The notes under the pieces are model-generated. The model was not told the origin of the DNA and made no database searches. It saw only the letters and a program-made list of their open reading frames with translations. A stretch of DNA of 64,000 nt from Verrucomicrobiales bacterium (GTDB taxonomy: Bacteria > Verrucomicrobiota > Verrucomicrobiia > Limisphaerales > UBA1100), in the NCBI GenBank assembly GCA_038145765.1, contig JAYQQG010000002.1:8449-72448 (forward strand), written 5' to 3'. Both the position numbers and the translations under genes were made by a program. Shown in pieces: positions 28,199 through 36,824 of this stretch; positions within the stretch are counted from its first letter, which is position 1; each line of letters begins with the position of its first letter.

Positions 28199-28426
28199 TC
28201 AGACCTCCGTGGATGTGTCGGCGCCGGCATCGTCCCGGCGCTCGAGTTTGATGGTACGTTTCTTGATGATCTCGAGCTGTTTAGTCAGCTCGTAGCTGGC
28301 CTCAAAGAGAGCTTCGCGGGTCTCCTGATCGTCCAGCCGCGCGATGGCCGGATTGAGATCCATTAATTCCAGCGCAATGATTTTGCAGCCGTCCTTGATG
28401 AGCTTGGTGTCGGGCGTTTCAGGCAT
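28199..28426 (-). CDS. Hypothetical 75-aa soluble protein
   Basis: It sits 2 nt downstream of the SDR stop and directly upstream of the disrupted membrane gene. It is charged, predicted helical and has no recognisable motif. Confidence 0.4.
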   Translation of the reverse strand: MPETPDTKLIKDGCKIIALELMDLNPAIARLDDQETREALFEASYELTKQLEIIKKRTIKLERRDDAGADTSTEV

Positions 28427-28428
28427 GG

Positions 28429-29181
28429 CTAGTACGTGGCGCGGCCGCCGGAAAGGTCAAACACGCCGCCGGTGGTGAACGAGCAATCTTCACTGGCCAG
28501 CCACGCCACCAACGCGCCGGCTTCCTCCACCTCGCCAAAGCGGCCCATGGGAATTTTGCTCAGCATATAATCAATGTGCTGCTGGGTGATTTGCTTGAGG
28601 ATATCGGTCTGGATCACGGCGGGCGTGAAGCAGTTCACGCAAATGCCGTCCTGCGCCAGCTCTTTGCCGAGGCTTTTGGTAAGACCGATTACGCCGGCCT
28701 TGGCGGCGCTATAGGCGCTGGCGTTGGGGTTGCCCTCCTTGCCGGCGATGGAGGCGGTGTTGATGATGCGGCCGTACCCGCGCTCGCGCATGTGCGGCAC
28801 CACGGCTCGGCAGCAGATAAACACCGCGTTCAGGTCCACATCAATCACCCGGCGAAATTCCTCCACCGGGTATTCCCACGTCTTGTAATTGCCGCCCGCA
28901 ATGCCGGCGTTGTTGCAGAGAATATCAATGGAGCCGAGCGCGCCGATGGTTGCCTCCGTCGCCGCCGCCACCGCGTCGGCATCGGTCAACTCCACCGTTT
29001 GGGTGTCGACCGTGCCGTGTGCGGAGAGGCTCGCCTTGGCCTCGGCAGCCGCCTCGGGATCCACATCCCATACGCTAACGCTGGCGCCGGACTGCAGCAA
29101 CCGCTGCGCGATCGCGTAACCGATCCCGCGCGCGCCCCCGGTCACCACCGCGTTCCGTCCTGAAAGATCAATCTGGTTCAT
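28429..29181 (-). CDS. SDR family oxidoreductase (FabG-like)
   Basis: Trimmed to MNQIDLSGRNAVVTGGARGIGYAI (the TGxxxGIG motif). It has NNAG and the catalytic YSAAK. The longer track ORF would read through the AATGACC repeat. Confidence 0.88.
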   Translation of the reverse strand: MNQIDLSGRNAVVTGGARGIGYAIAQRLLQSGASVSVWDVDPEAAAEAKASLSAHGTVDTQTVELTDADAVAAATEATIGALGSIDILCNNAGIAGGNYKTWEYPVEEFRRVIDVDLNAVFICCRAVVPHMRERGYGRIINTASIAGKEGNPNASAYSAAKAGVIGLTKSLGKELAQDGICVNCFTPAVIQTDILKQITQQHIDYMLSKIPMGRFGEVEEAGALVAWLASEDCSFTTGGVFDLSGGRATY

Positions 29182-29200
29182 GGGCGGGAGAGTAAGGGGT

Positions 29201-29254
29201 GAATGACCAATGACCAATGACCAATTTTCTTGGACATTGGGCTTTGGTCATTGG
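29201..29254. repeat. AATGACC x3 tandem repeat that forms an imperfect hairpin with a downstream TTGGTCATTGG
   Basis: The sequence is GAATGACCAATGACCAATGACCAATTTTCTTGGACATTGGGCTTTGGTCATTGG. CCAATGACCAA and TTGGTCATTGG (29244-54) form a perfect 11-bp inverted repeat. An inner CCAAT/ATTGG pair is also present. It lies in the divergent SDR/cutA intergenic region and uses the same motif vocabulary as the repeats flanking 15002..15403. Confidence 0.75.
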
Positions 29255-29264
29255 AGGTTAGCGA

Positions 29265-29585
29265 ATGCATCACATTGTCTTTGTCACCGCGCCCAGTCTG
29301 GAGGTAGCCCGTGAACTGGCCGCCGGCATCCTCGAGCGCCGCCTGGCCGCCTGCGCCAATCTCGTGCCCGGCGTGGAATCACACTACTGGTGGGAGGGCA
29401 AACTCTGCCACGAAGCGGAGGTGCTGATGATCCTCAAAACCACCGAAACCCGCCTGGCAGAGTTGGAAACCCATGTGCTGGAGGCGCATCCGTATGACAC
29501 CCCGGAATTCGTCGCCTGGCCCATTTCTGCCGGGAGTCAGCGCTACCTTGATTGGGTCACCGCCAACACTGCCGCTGGTGAATGA
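29265..29585 (+). CDS. cutA: Divalent-cation tolerance protein CutA
   Basis: 106 aa. Strings are RLAACANLVPGVESHYWWEGK and HPYDTPEF. Confidence 0.85.
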   Translation: MHHIVFVTAPSLEVARELAAGILERRLAACANLVPGVESHYWWEGKLCHEAEVLMILKTTETRLAELETHVLEAHPYDTPEFVAWPISAGSQRYLDWVTANTAAGE

Positions 29586-29628
29586 GCCACCCTTGACATC
29601 CGTCTCACCCCCACTAGATTCGCGGCGT

Positions 29629-30543
29629 ATGAGAGGGACCTTGTTCATGTTGGGCGGCATCTTGTTGGGACCCGTATTATGGGCGCAACCCACGACAGCC
29701 AACGCCATCCGAGCCGTGGTGGGCGGCCAGATTATTATCACCCAATGGGACGTGAACCGCGAAGCGCGCTTGTTGCGGTTGGACCCGGCCTTGGCTCAAA
29801 AGAAACTCGAGCAGGACGCCTTGTTGGTCATGAACATCAAGAGCCAGAAAAATTACGTGGAACCGGCGGGCTTAGGTGAGTTGCTGTTGCGCAATGAAAT
29901 CAAGAATCGATATGACAATAATCGCAATCAAATGATAGCCGATCTGAGGGTTCAGGGTAAAACCGTACAGCAGCGCGAATCTGAGCTGGTGGATGATTGG
30001 ATTCTGCGTCAGGCCGAAAGCACTGTGCGCGAAGCGGTGCAGGTGTCGCCGGCGGCCATCAAAAAATACTATGCCGAAAACCCGAACCTTAACAACAAGG
30101 GGCTGACTGTCGACCTCTATGCCATCCGGATTCCGCGCACGGAAGAGGGGGTGACGCTTGCCAAGGTTCAGGGGTTGAAAAACGGAATCCAATCTTTAGT
30201 CGATTTCAAGAAGCTGGCGTCCGAACGCAACGTGCCGCGCCAAGGGCATCGAGGGCTCGTACACAAGGATGATCAACGCGAATTCAGTGATGAAATCGCC
30301 GCCGAGGTTTTTTTGATGGTGGAAAAGGAAACCGCCCTAGCCTTTGACGAAGATGCCTATTACCTGCTGCATGTGGCCCAACAATGGGAGAAATATGAGA
30401 TCCCGATTGAGGAGGTGCACGAGCTTATTAAAGCTCGTTTGGCACAGGAAATATTTGAGCATCAAATGGAGCGCAAACTCAACCGGCTGCGCCGCGAGAT
30501 TCACGTCTACTACCCGCGTAGTACGTTATTGATTCAAAACTAA
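29629..30543 (+). CDS. SurA/PpiD-like periplasmic chaperone (SurA-N-like region plus a degenerate parvulin-like domain)
   Basis: ORF 29473..30543 is trimmed to MRGTLFMLGGILLGPVLWAQP (a signal peptide). The pattern is IRAVVGGQIIITQWDV ... VSPAAIKKYYAENP ... VDLYAIRIPR ... DFKKLASE ... GLV ... AYYLLHV. This is a family-level call only. Confidence 0.55.
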   Translation: MRGTLFMLGGILLGPVLWAQPTTANAIRAVVGGQIIITQWDVNREARLLRLDPALAQKKLEQDALLVMNIKSQKNYVEPAGLGELLLRNEIKNRYDNNRNQMIADLRVQGKTVQQRESELVDDWILRQAESTVREAVQVSPAAIKKYYAENPNLNNKGLTVDLYAIRIPRTEEGVTLAKVQGLKNGIQSLVDFKKLASERNVPRQGHRGLVHKDDQREFSDEIAAEVFLMVEKETALAFDEDAYYLLHVAQQWEKYEIPIEEVHELIKARLAQEIFEHQMERKLNRLRREIHVYYPRSTLLIQN

Positions 30544-30554
30544 CTTTTCGAGTT

Positions 30555-32732
30555 ATGCATTATTTTCGGCTGCTCGCCTTGTCCCTGTTGTTGCCATTGA
30601 CCCTTCGGGCGGCAGTGGATTATGAGGGTATCCGCAAAAAAGCCGAACAAGGTGATCCCAATGCGGTGTACGAATGGGCCGAGGCGCTCTATTGGGGGCG
30701 CACCGGAAAACACGACCTGGCTCAGGCCGGCGACTTTGCATTGGTGGGGGCTCTCAAGAAAAACCCGCTCGCGCAATATCGTTATGCGGTTCAGCAACTG
30801 TTGGGGCAGGGCGTGGAACAGGATGTGGAGGCCGGTTTCGAGCAGTTGCACGCCTCCGTGCCCGGTTTGCAAAAACTGGCCCAAGATGGAAACGCGGATG
30901 CCTTGTACAAGCTGGGCAAGCTCTACCAGCTCGGGCTCATCAATTCCAATAAGTTCAATCCCGACGAAGCGAAAGCGCTGGCCAATTTCCGGGCAGCGGC
31001 CGACCAAGGCCACGCCAGAGCCGCCCTGCTGTCCGGGCAAATGACCCGGCTCGGCCGGGGCGCCGGCAAGGACATGGTGCGCGCGCGCGAATATTTCAAA
31101 CAATCAGCCGCCAATGGCTCCGTGGAAGCGGCGTTTAACCTGTGGAACCTGCACTATACCGCCGGCAAGGAAGTGGTGTCGGAAACCAACGCGAAGATGT
31201 ACTTAAAACAAGCTGCCGAAGCCGGATTTCGGGAAGCGGAATACCTGTATGGTAACGCCGTTGGTGAAGGGAAACTGGGGTTCAAAGCAAATCGCAAGGC
31301 GGCATTGCCCTGGATTCGCAAGGCAGCGGTCCAAGGGCATGCGCAGGCGCAGTTTTTGTTGGGCCTTGTTTTCGCTACAGGAGGTGAGGATTCAGGGGTG
31401 AAACAGGATCCCAAAGAGGCGTTTTATTGGCTGACCCTTGCCAGTCGCGCGGATGAGACTCAAACCGCCCGAAACGCAGCGGCTCGATTGGAAATCGTAA
31501 AGAAAAAACTTGAGCCACTGGATCAGCTCGACCAGCTCACGCGCGTGGGTGAATTTAAACCCAATCTCAGCCTGATCACCATCAACAACACCTTGGGATT
31601 GGAAAACGCCAGTCCGGCCATCAGTAATTCCCTTCGGCTGGATAACCTCACCTTGGCGGCTGAAGCAGGCGACGCGGAGGCCATGTTTAGCTTGGGCATG
31701 TTTCAGCTCAACCAACGCCAGCCTCAATCCGCCTTGGAATGGCTCAAGAAGGCGGCGGAAAAGAACAATGCAGAGGCGGTGAAGGCCTTGGGGGAGGAAT
31801 ACATTCAAGGCAGCTTTGGTGAGCCCGATTACAAGGAAGGCGCAAAGTGGCTGAAGCAAGCCGCTGAGCAGGGCAGTCTGGAGGCTCAAACCAGTCTCGG
31901 GCGCCTCGCTTTATCCGGCAATTTACCGGGAGCCAAACCTGCGGACTCGATCCGATGGTTCCGGGGCGCTGCAGACAAAGGCCATGCCGAGGCGCAGACG
32001 CGACTCGGCGGATTGCTCTGGGAAGGTGACGTCGTCAAACAAGATCTCAAAAACGGGATGAAGTGGATGCACAAGGCTGCCGAACAACGGTACGCATTCG
32101 CCGAGGCATCACTCGCCACGATGTACGTGCAGGGATTGATCGGCGAAGGACCGAACTATCCAGAGTCGGCCAAATGGGCCCGCCGTGGTGCGATGCAGGG
32201 CGATGCACTGGCCCAACGCACTTTGGGCCTCCTATATCTCGAGGGCAAAGGCGTGCTGGAATCAAAGTTGCCCAAGCGAGTGGATCACAAGCGCCTTGCC
32301 TACAAATGGCTAACCTTGGCCCAAGGCGGCGGCGTGCAGGGATTGGATCCGGCACTCAACGTGTTGCGCAAAGAACTGCAGGCCAGCGACATCAATAATG
32401 CCCTCACCGATGCCCGCCAGTTTGTTCCCGTGGTGTTGTATGATCCGGACAACCAAGGGGTGGTCGCCGCTAAAGATGATCTCAAGGTCACGCAAAAAAA
32501 TGCCGAAGCCGGCCAAGCGCAAGCCCAGCTCAATTTGGCGCGACGGTATTCGGAAGGAGACGGTGTGGATCAAAATCCGGTAGCCGCTTATATGTGGTTT
32601 ACCCTCGCCTTTAATCAAGGCATCGAGGAAGCCCTGAAAGAGCGATCCAAACTCATCAAGGCCCATGGCATGGGGTTGGATGATATCATCGCAGCCAAGA
32701 AACTCGTCCGCGCCTTTAAACCCAAAAAATAA
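30555..32732 (+). CDS. Secreted Sel1-like repeat (SLR/TPR-family) protein
   Basis: 725 aa with a signal peptide (LLALSLLLPLTLRAA). It contains many consecutive Sel1-type units, for example A.YW..KAAEQG.AEAQ..LG.LY..G.GV..D...A.KW. Confidence 0.85.
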   Translation: MHYFRLLALSLLLPLTLRAAVDYEGIRKKAEQGDPNAVYEWAEALYWGRTGKHDLAQAGDFALVGALKKNPLAQYRYAVQQLLGQGVEQDVEAGFEQLHASVPGLQKLAQDGNADALYKLGKLYQLGLINSNKFNPDEAKALANFRAAADQGHARAALLSGQMTRLGRGAGKDMVRAREYFKQSAANGSVEAAFNLWNLHYTAGKEVVSETNAKMYLKQAAEAGFREAEYLYGNAVGEGKLGFKANRKAALPWIRKAAVQGHAQAQFLLGLVFATGGEDSGVKQDPKEAFYWLTLASRADETQTARNAAARLEIVKKKLEPLDQLDQLTRVGEFKPNLSLITINNTLGLENASPAISNSLRLDNLTLAAEAGDAEAMFSLGMFQLNQRQPQSALEWLKKAAEKNNAEAVKALGEEYIQGSFGEPDYKEGAKWLKQAAEQGSLEAQTSLGRLALSGNLPGAKPADSIRWFRGAADKGHAEAQTRLGGLLWEGDVVKQDLKNGMKWMHKAAEQRYAFAEASLATMYVQGLIGEGPNYPESAKWARRGAMQGDALAQRTLGLLYLEGKGVLESKLPKRVDHKRLAYKWLTLAQGGGVQGLDPALNVLRKELQASDINNALTDARQFVPVVLYDPDNQGVVAAKDDLKVTQKNAEAGQAQAQLNLARRYSEGDGVDQNPVAAYMWFTLAFNQGIEEALKERSKLIKAHGMGLDDIIAAKKLVRAFKPKK

Positions 32733-34180
32733 TGGATACTATCCGGTTATCCTTCGGGATATTGCTTGCGGCAGGGACAGCCCTAGGGGCCGATCTCAAA
32801 GCCACTCTCAAACAGGCCGAGGCAGGCGACGCGGCGAGTCAGTATCAGCTCGCCGAGCGCTATGCTGAAGCTGATGGGGTGGATCAGGATTATCAAGCCG
32901 CCCTCAAATGGGCCCGCAAAGCGGCGGATCAAGGAAACGCCAAGGCACAATATCGAATGGCATCCATCCTTTATCTTGGAGTTGCCGGGGAGGCGCGGCA
33001 GCCCGAGGCGCTTCAACTCTTTCGGAAATCGGCTGCTGGTTTGGAAACATTGGCAAAGGCGGGCGATGCGGATGCCCGTGCGAAGTTGGGAATCCTCTGT
33101 GCTCGAGGAATTGGAGTGGATCAAGATGCAGCACGGGCGGCTCAGCTGTTTTCGCAGGCAGCAAAGGCCGGCGTGACCAAGGCGCAGGTTGACTTGGCCG
33201 GGGCGTATTTACTCGGTAACGGCGTGGAGCGTAATCCGACTACGGCGGGTGAATGGTTTACCAAGGCAGCGAAAGCCGGGCACGGGCAGGCGCAGTTGCA
33301 ATTGGGCACGATGTGCATACAGGGCACAGGCCGCGAACAAGACATTAAGCAGGGCATGGATTGGCTGCGTCAGGCCGCAGCCAATCGGAATCCTGATTAC
33401 GCGAAACAGGCCAAGGGGCTGCTGGAACGGTTGACCGCTTCCCCACCCAAACCGGGGCCGGATATGGCCGCCCTGCGTCAACGCGCTCAGTCTGGCGATC
33501 TCAAAACTCAGTTGGAATTGGCCCAGCGCCATGAGATCGGGGCAGGAGTCAAGGTGGATTTGGCGGCTGTACGCCAGTGGTTGAACGCGGCCACTCGGCA
33601 GGGATCCGCGGCCGCAGCCCATCGGCTGGGCGGTATACTCATCCTTGGCCGCGGTGAGAGTAAAAAAGAACCTGAGGTGGCCGTGCGTTACTGGAAACTG
33701 GCCGCCGAGTTGGGCTACGGTGGGGCGCAGGTGGATTATGCCGTTGCTTGTGCCAAAGGGGACGGGTTGGATAAGAACATGCCCGAGGCATATTATTGGG
33801 CGTTGATTGCCCGGCGCACCAACACCTCCGAGAAAGAGGAACGAAATCTTCGTGCCCTGCAAGGGGTGATCACCGGTGGTTTGGAGCCGGATGAAATTCT
33901 GAACGGGCTAACCCAGTCGAGGAAATGGAAGGCACCTGAGGGAGAGCAAGAACGATTGCGTTGGGTGAAGGCGCAGTACGGCGATGGGGCGGCTCAACTG
34001 GCGCTTGGTCAAGCACTCAGTCAAAGCCGTCCGCTGGAGGCCTTGAAGTGGCTGGAATTGGCCGCTGCGGCCAAGGAAAAAGGAGCGGCCGCTGCAGCCA
34101 AGGAATTGGCTGCGGACCTATCCAAAACCGAAGTCGCTCTGGTGATGGCGAGGATAAAGGCATTCAAGCCTTTGAAGTAA
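32732..34180 (+). CDS. Secreted Sel1-like repeat protein (tandem paralog)
   Basis: 482 aa with a signal peptide (FGILLAAGTALGA). It has Sel1 units throughout. Its start overlaps the upstream stop (TAATG). Confidence 0.85.
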   Translation: MDTIRLSFGILLAAGTALGADLKATLKQAEAGDAASQYQLAERYAEADGVDQDYQAALKWARKAADQGNAKAQYRMASILYLGVAGEARQPEALQLFRKSAAGLETLAKAGDADARAKLGILCARGIGVDQDAARAAQLFSQAAKAGVTKAQVDLAGAYLLGNGVERNPTTAGEWFTKAAKAGHGQAQLQLGTMCIQGTGREQDIKQGMDWLRQAAANRNPDYAKQAKGLLERLTASPPKPGPDMAALRQRAQSGDLKTQLELAQRHEIGAGVKVDLAAVRQWLNAATRQGSAAAAHRLGGILILGRGESKKEPEVAVRYWKLAAELGYGGAQVDYAVACAKGDGLDKNMPEAYYWALIARRTNTSEKEERNLRALQGVITGGLEPDEILNGLTQSRKWKAPEGEQERLRWVKAQYGDGAAQLALGQALSQSRPLEALKWLELAAAAKEKGAAAAAKELAADLSKTEVALVMARIKAFKPLK

Positions 34181-34181
34181 T

Positions 34182-36671
34182 CTATTGCCGCCTTTGGGCG
34201 AGGCTGCGCGTGCGCCAAAATTGCGCGGCCGGTTCCAACTTGGTGGGGTCGGCATCATAACGGTAGGAAAGCTTCTTTAACTTCGGCAGGTTCCGAAGGA
34301 AATCAATCTCCCCATGGTCGCGTGGCAATGTAAGTATCTCTAGGTCCGTGCACTTGGCCAGAGGGGTGAGGTCGCGCAAATCAGTGCAGCCGTCCAGGCG
34401 CAACTCGCGCAAAGGTAAACCGGCCAAAGGGGAAAGATCGCGTACCGGGGTGCTGTCCAAGTGCAGGGTTTGCAGCGGCATTTTTTGGAGTGGAGCCAAA
34501 TTGCTTGCGCGCGTACCGCTCAAGTGCAGATGCACGAGGGGGGCCCCTTGAAGCGGTTGAAGGTTTTCCACCGGGGAAAAGGCTATGGTGAGCGATTGTA
34601 GTGGCCGTCCCTGCAGGGGGGCCAAATCGGTGACGGACGTGTAGGCTAAGGATAACTGGCGCAGCGGCATCATGCGCAACGCGTTCAGGTCCTTGACTTG
34701 GGTTTGCCAGAGATTCATTGAGTAAACCGGTAACCGGGTAAAGGGCGTGAGATCCCGAACTTTGGAGCTGCCCAGATTGAGCTTCAGATAGCCATGCGCA
34801 TCGCGGCTGGCGCGTCCGGGTAATCCGAGTTGGCGCAAGGCGGTTTGGGCGGTGTTCCAGGAATTCGTTTTCTCGGAAGCAATGCGGCTGAGGGTGTAAC
34901 GGGCATCCATCTCCATCCCTCGACGATGTTGCCAGTGATACACCGACCCCAAGGCATGCAGAGGCAGTGTGCCGGGGCCGTAGGCTTCAGCAAGTTGATC
35001 ACAGAATGGACCGGCCTGCGCAGTGAACCGGCTGGAGTCATCCAGCTTCGCGGCCTGTCGAATGGATTGAGCTGCGGCATCGGGTCGATGCAAGGCCAAC
35101 TGCACGCGGGCCAAGCGTTGCCAGTGTTTGGGTTGAGCCGGGTCGAGTTCGGTCGCTAATTGAGCCGGGGCCAGAGCATCGGGGAACAGGCCGCGCGCCA
35201 TTAGCTTGCCGGCTAAAGCATGGCTGCCGGGTGCGGCGGATTGAAACTGGGCGAGTGTTTGTTCCTGCGTCTTGCGTGCATGATGCGTGTGGATGGCGAA
35301 GCCAAGGGTTAATATAATGATGACACTCCAAGCCGCCGCCAAGGTGGCGTGCCGGCGGAGGGAAAGGCGCATTTGACGGAGGAAGCCGGCATGCTCGGCC
35401 ACGGGTGCATAGCCGGCTGTGTAGGCGGCGACATCGCGCTGCAGGGAATGGACATCCGGATAGCGACGGGCGGGTTCCTTGGATAACGCCTGCATGGCTA
35501 CCGCCGACAAGGCCTCGGGCACCTGATGATCGGGGCAATGAAGCAGGATGGAAGCGTCGCGGGGATCCTTGGCGCGTTCAAGGGGCGGGACAATTTGGCC
35601 GGACTTGATCCGTTCCATCAACTCTGGATCCGAGCTGCTGCCGGTAATGGGGGGGCACAAGGTTAAAATATTGTATAAAATGGATCCAAGTGAATAGATG
35701 TCGGTGCGTTCATTGATGGCGTCCAGCCGGCCCTCGGCTTGTTCCGGAGCCATGAAGCTGGGGGTGCCCATGATGGTGCCGTAGCGGGTGCCTTCGGATG
35801 TGGGGGGGGCTGGATCGGTTTCGGGGATGTGCTCGGGTTGATTCAGGATTTTGGCGATGCCCCAGTCCATGACGAGCACTTCGCCAAATTCGCCAAGCAT
35901 GATGTTGGCCGGCTTAAGGTCGCGATGGATGATTCCCTTGGAATGAGCGTAGGCGACGGCGTCACAGGTTTTGCCAAAGATATCGAGCAGCCGTGCGAGT
36001 GGATAACGTTCCACGGTGGAGGCTTGGCCCTGGCGCAAACCGTGCAGCACTTCCTTGAGGGTGGTGCCGCGCACAAATTTCATCGCGTAATAGTTGCGGC
36101 CTTGATCATCCACGCCGAGATCGTGAATGGGCACAATGTGCGGGTGATCGAGCCGGCCCAAGACAAGCGCTTCCTGCGTGAAGCGGCTGGACAGGTCGGC
36201 GTTGGCCTCGATTTCAGGTGTCATCACCTTGAGGGCGACGTGCCGTTGGAGTTGGTGGTCGAGCGCGAGGTAGACTTCCCCCATGCCGCCTTTGGCGAGT
36301 TGGCGGGAGATTTGGTATCGTTGGGAAGGGAGGGCGGCTGGTTGTTCGCTGGGAGATGAGTCAGGGGCTTTCAGCTCGGTGAGTTCCAGAGTGGTGCGTC
36401 CGAGGGTGATGGTTTGCCCGGCAGTTAGACGGACTTTGCCCGTGATTTGCCGGTTCTCCACGAGGGTTCCGTAACGGCCGCCAATATCCTGGATGCCACA
36501 CCCTTCGGGCGAAATGGTGAGTAAGGCATGTTTCCGGGAGACGTCCGGGCTGGCGAGGTGGATCGAACACGCGGGATCGCGGCCGATTATGTAATCGCCC
36601 GGAATCAGGTCAAAAGTAGCTAATGTTTGGCCGCCGCTGGACGCGGTCAACTGAACGACAGGCGTCGCCAT
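34182..36671 (-). CDS. Multidomain Ser/Thr protein kinase: FHA, kinase, transmembrane helix, TPR-like region and leucine-rich repeats
   Basis: 829 aa.
- FHA: IIGRDPACSIHLASPDVSRKHALL...GTLVENRQI.
- Hanks kinase: GGMGEVYLA, VALKV, HRDLKPANIML, DWGIAK, GTPSFMAPEQ.
- Transmembrane helix: LAAAWSVIIILTLGFAI.
- C-terminal repeated L..L.L..T.V.DL.PL units. Confidence 0.9.
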   Translation of the reverse strand: MATPVVQLTASSGGQTLATFDLIPGDYIIGRDPACSIHLASPDVSRKHALLTISPEGCGIQDIGGRYGTLVENRQITGKVRLTAGQTITLGRTTLELTELKAPDSSPSEQPAALPSQRYQISRQLAKGGMGEVYLALDHQLQRHVALKVMTPEIEANADLSSRFTQEALVLGRLDHPHIVPIHDLGVDDQGRNYYAMKFVRGTTLKEVLHGLRQGQASTVERYPLARLLDIFGKTCDAVAYAHSKGIIHRDLKPANIMLGEFGEVLVMDWGIAKILNQPEHIPETDPAPPTSEGTRYGTIMGTPSFMAPEQAEGRLDAINERTDIYSLGSILYNILTLCPPITGSSSDPELMERIKSGQIVPPLERAKDPRDASILLHCPDHQVPEALSAVAMQALSKEPARRYPDVHSLQRDVAAYTAGYAPVAEHAGFLRQMRLSLRRHATLAAAWSVIIILTLGFAIHTHHARKTQEQTLAQFQSAAPGSHALAGKLMARGLFPDALAPAQLATELDPAQPKHWQRLARVQLALHRPDAAAQSIRQAAKLDDSSRFTAQAGPFCDQLAEAYGPGTLPLHALGSVYHWQHRRGMEMDARYTLSRIASEKTNSWNTAQTALRQLGLPGRASRDAHGYLKLNLGSSKVRDLTPFTRLPVYSMNLWQTQVKDLNALRMMPLRQLSLAYTSVTDLAPLQGRPLQSLTIAFSPVENLQPLQGAPLVHLHLSGTRASNLAPLQKMPLQTLHLDSTPVRDLSPLAGLPLRELRLDGCTDLRDLTPLAKCTDLEILTLPRDHGEIDFLRNLPKLKKLSYRYDADPTKLEPAAQFWRTRSLAQRRQ

Positions 36672-36824
36672 AGGAACCTCCTTGCCGCGTCGTGCCCACC
36701 ACGCGGAAAAGGGAGGCTATCCTGAATTCAACTGAATGTCGAGTCGTAAGCCGGGGTAGGATGCGGGTTTGGAATTGCCTTGAACCCAAATCTCAGTATG
36801 CTGTGCGGCCCCATTTAGCACCCC

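Noticed and set aside
29202-29224. The AATGACC tandem repeat as a possible CRISPR array or microsatellite-based phase switch
   Set aside because: It has only three 7-nt units, no spacers and no cas genes, and it lies outside the most likely coding start of the SDR gene. It is better described as part of a hairpin repeat.
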